Below the pieces are notes generated by a model. That model searched no databases. It had not been told where the DNA came from and saw only the letters and a list, made by a program, of their open reading frames with translations. From Octopus sinensis (lineage: Eukaryota): 64,000 nucleotides of DNA. The stretch spans positions 35,092,001 to 35,156,000 of the forward strand of contig NC_043004.1 in NCBI RefSeq assembly GCF_006345805.1, read 5' to 3'. Positions 63,187-64,000 of this stretch are shown here, piece by piece (within the stretch, counting starts at the first letter, position 1; each line of letters starts with the position of its first letter). Position numbers and translations under genes: made by a program.

Positions 63187-63352
63187 TGTTTGTGTGTGTG
63201 TATATATATATATATATACACATACATATGCATGTGAGTATATATATATGTGTGCGTATGTGTATATATGTGCATGTATGTGTGTGTATATATATGCTCA
63301 TACTCATATAAATTTGTGTGTATCCATGTATGTATGTATGTGTATATATATA

Positions 63353-63387
<35 letters not shown>

Positions 63388-63391
<4 letters not shown>

Positions 63392-63568
63392 CATCATCAT
63401 TATCATCATTTAACGTCTGCTTTCCATGCTAGCATGGGTTGGACGGTTTGTCTGGGGACTGGTGAGCCAGAAGGCTGCACCAGGCTCCAATCTGATCTGG
63501 CAGAGTTTCTACAGCTGGATGCCTTTCCTAACGCCAAACACTCTGAGAGTGTAGTGGGTGCTTTTACG

Positions 63569-63572
<4 letters not shown>
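63388..63572 (-). mobile_element. Family B retroposon flanked by (TA)n
   Basis: atcatcatcattatcatcatttaacgtctgctttccatgctagcatggg...gtgggtgcttttacgtgcc. Confidence 0.88.
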
Positions 63573-63608
<36 letters not shown>

Positions 63609-64000
63609 TCATATATGCATTCATATCTAGATATCATTCTATATGTGTGCATACATACATACACATAATGTATGCATAAATAATGTTTGCGTGTGTGTGT
63701 ACACATGCACCTTGAGTTACTGTAAATCTCTATGTATATTATGTGTTCTTCACTTAAGTTATGCAAATTTAGTCAGAAAACATAAAAATTGAAAGAAGAA
63801 ATAGTAACAAAAAAGAAAAAATTTAAAAGCTATGCTCCCCTGACATTCACATAGAGGCTTTCAAGAAGATTCTGCTAAAACTTAAGACAGCAAATCTCAG
63901 AATTTGACCGATTCCAAAAGAAGTAGATGTTTGGTGGGTGGTTAGTGATATTGATGGTCGGGTGGAAAGATAATTTGATAGAGTGTAGCTATCTCTCTTT

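Overview
This is AT-rich, repeat-saturated animal DNA, most likely an octopod (Octopus) genome. That assignment is inferred from the SINE families and the (TA)n/(CA)n/(TATC)n load, not from a database hit. No host protein-coding gene can be called with confidence; a few weak minus-strand exon candidates are listed. Most of the supplied ORF track is microsatellite or SINE noise. The real coding signal is decayed transposon: a mariner split by an internally deleted Ty3/gypsy element, a Tx1-like LINE, an R4/Dong LINE, an RTE fragment, a DD37D element, and hAT and Tc1 remnants. There are also three non-autonomous Helitrons, several MITE families and dozens of tRNA-derived SINEs, plus one 100-N gap. 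The most interesting signal is a set of minimal type I hammerhead ribozyme (HHR) motifs in at least four different Penelope-like tail families. One sits downstream of a tRNA-like Pol III promoter (56811-57121), making it a candidate ribozyme-bearing, Penelope-mobilised SINE. One has an intact core and a palindromic stem III that co-varies with a second copy. One family has a non-canonical core. A 1.6-kb Helitron with an in-window empty-site paralog carries a LINE ORF1-like fragment.
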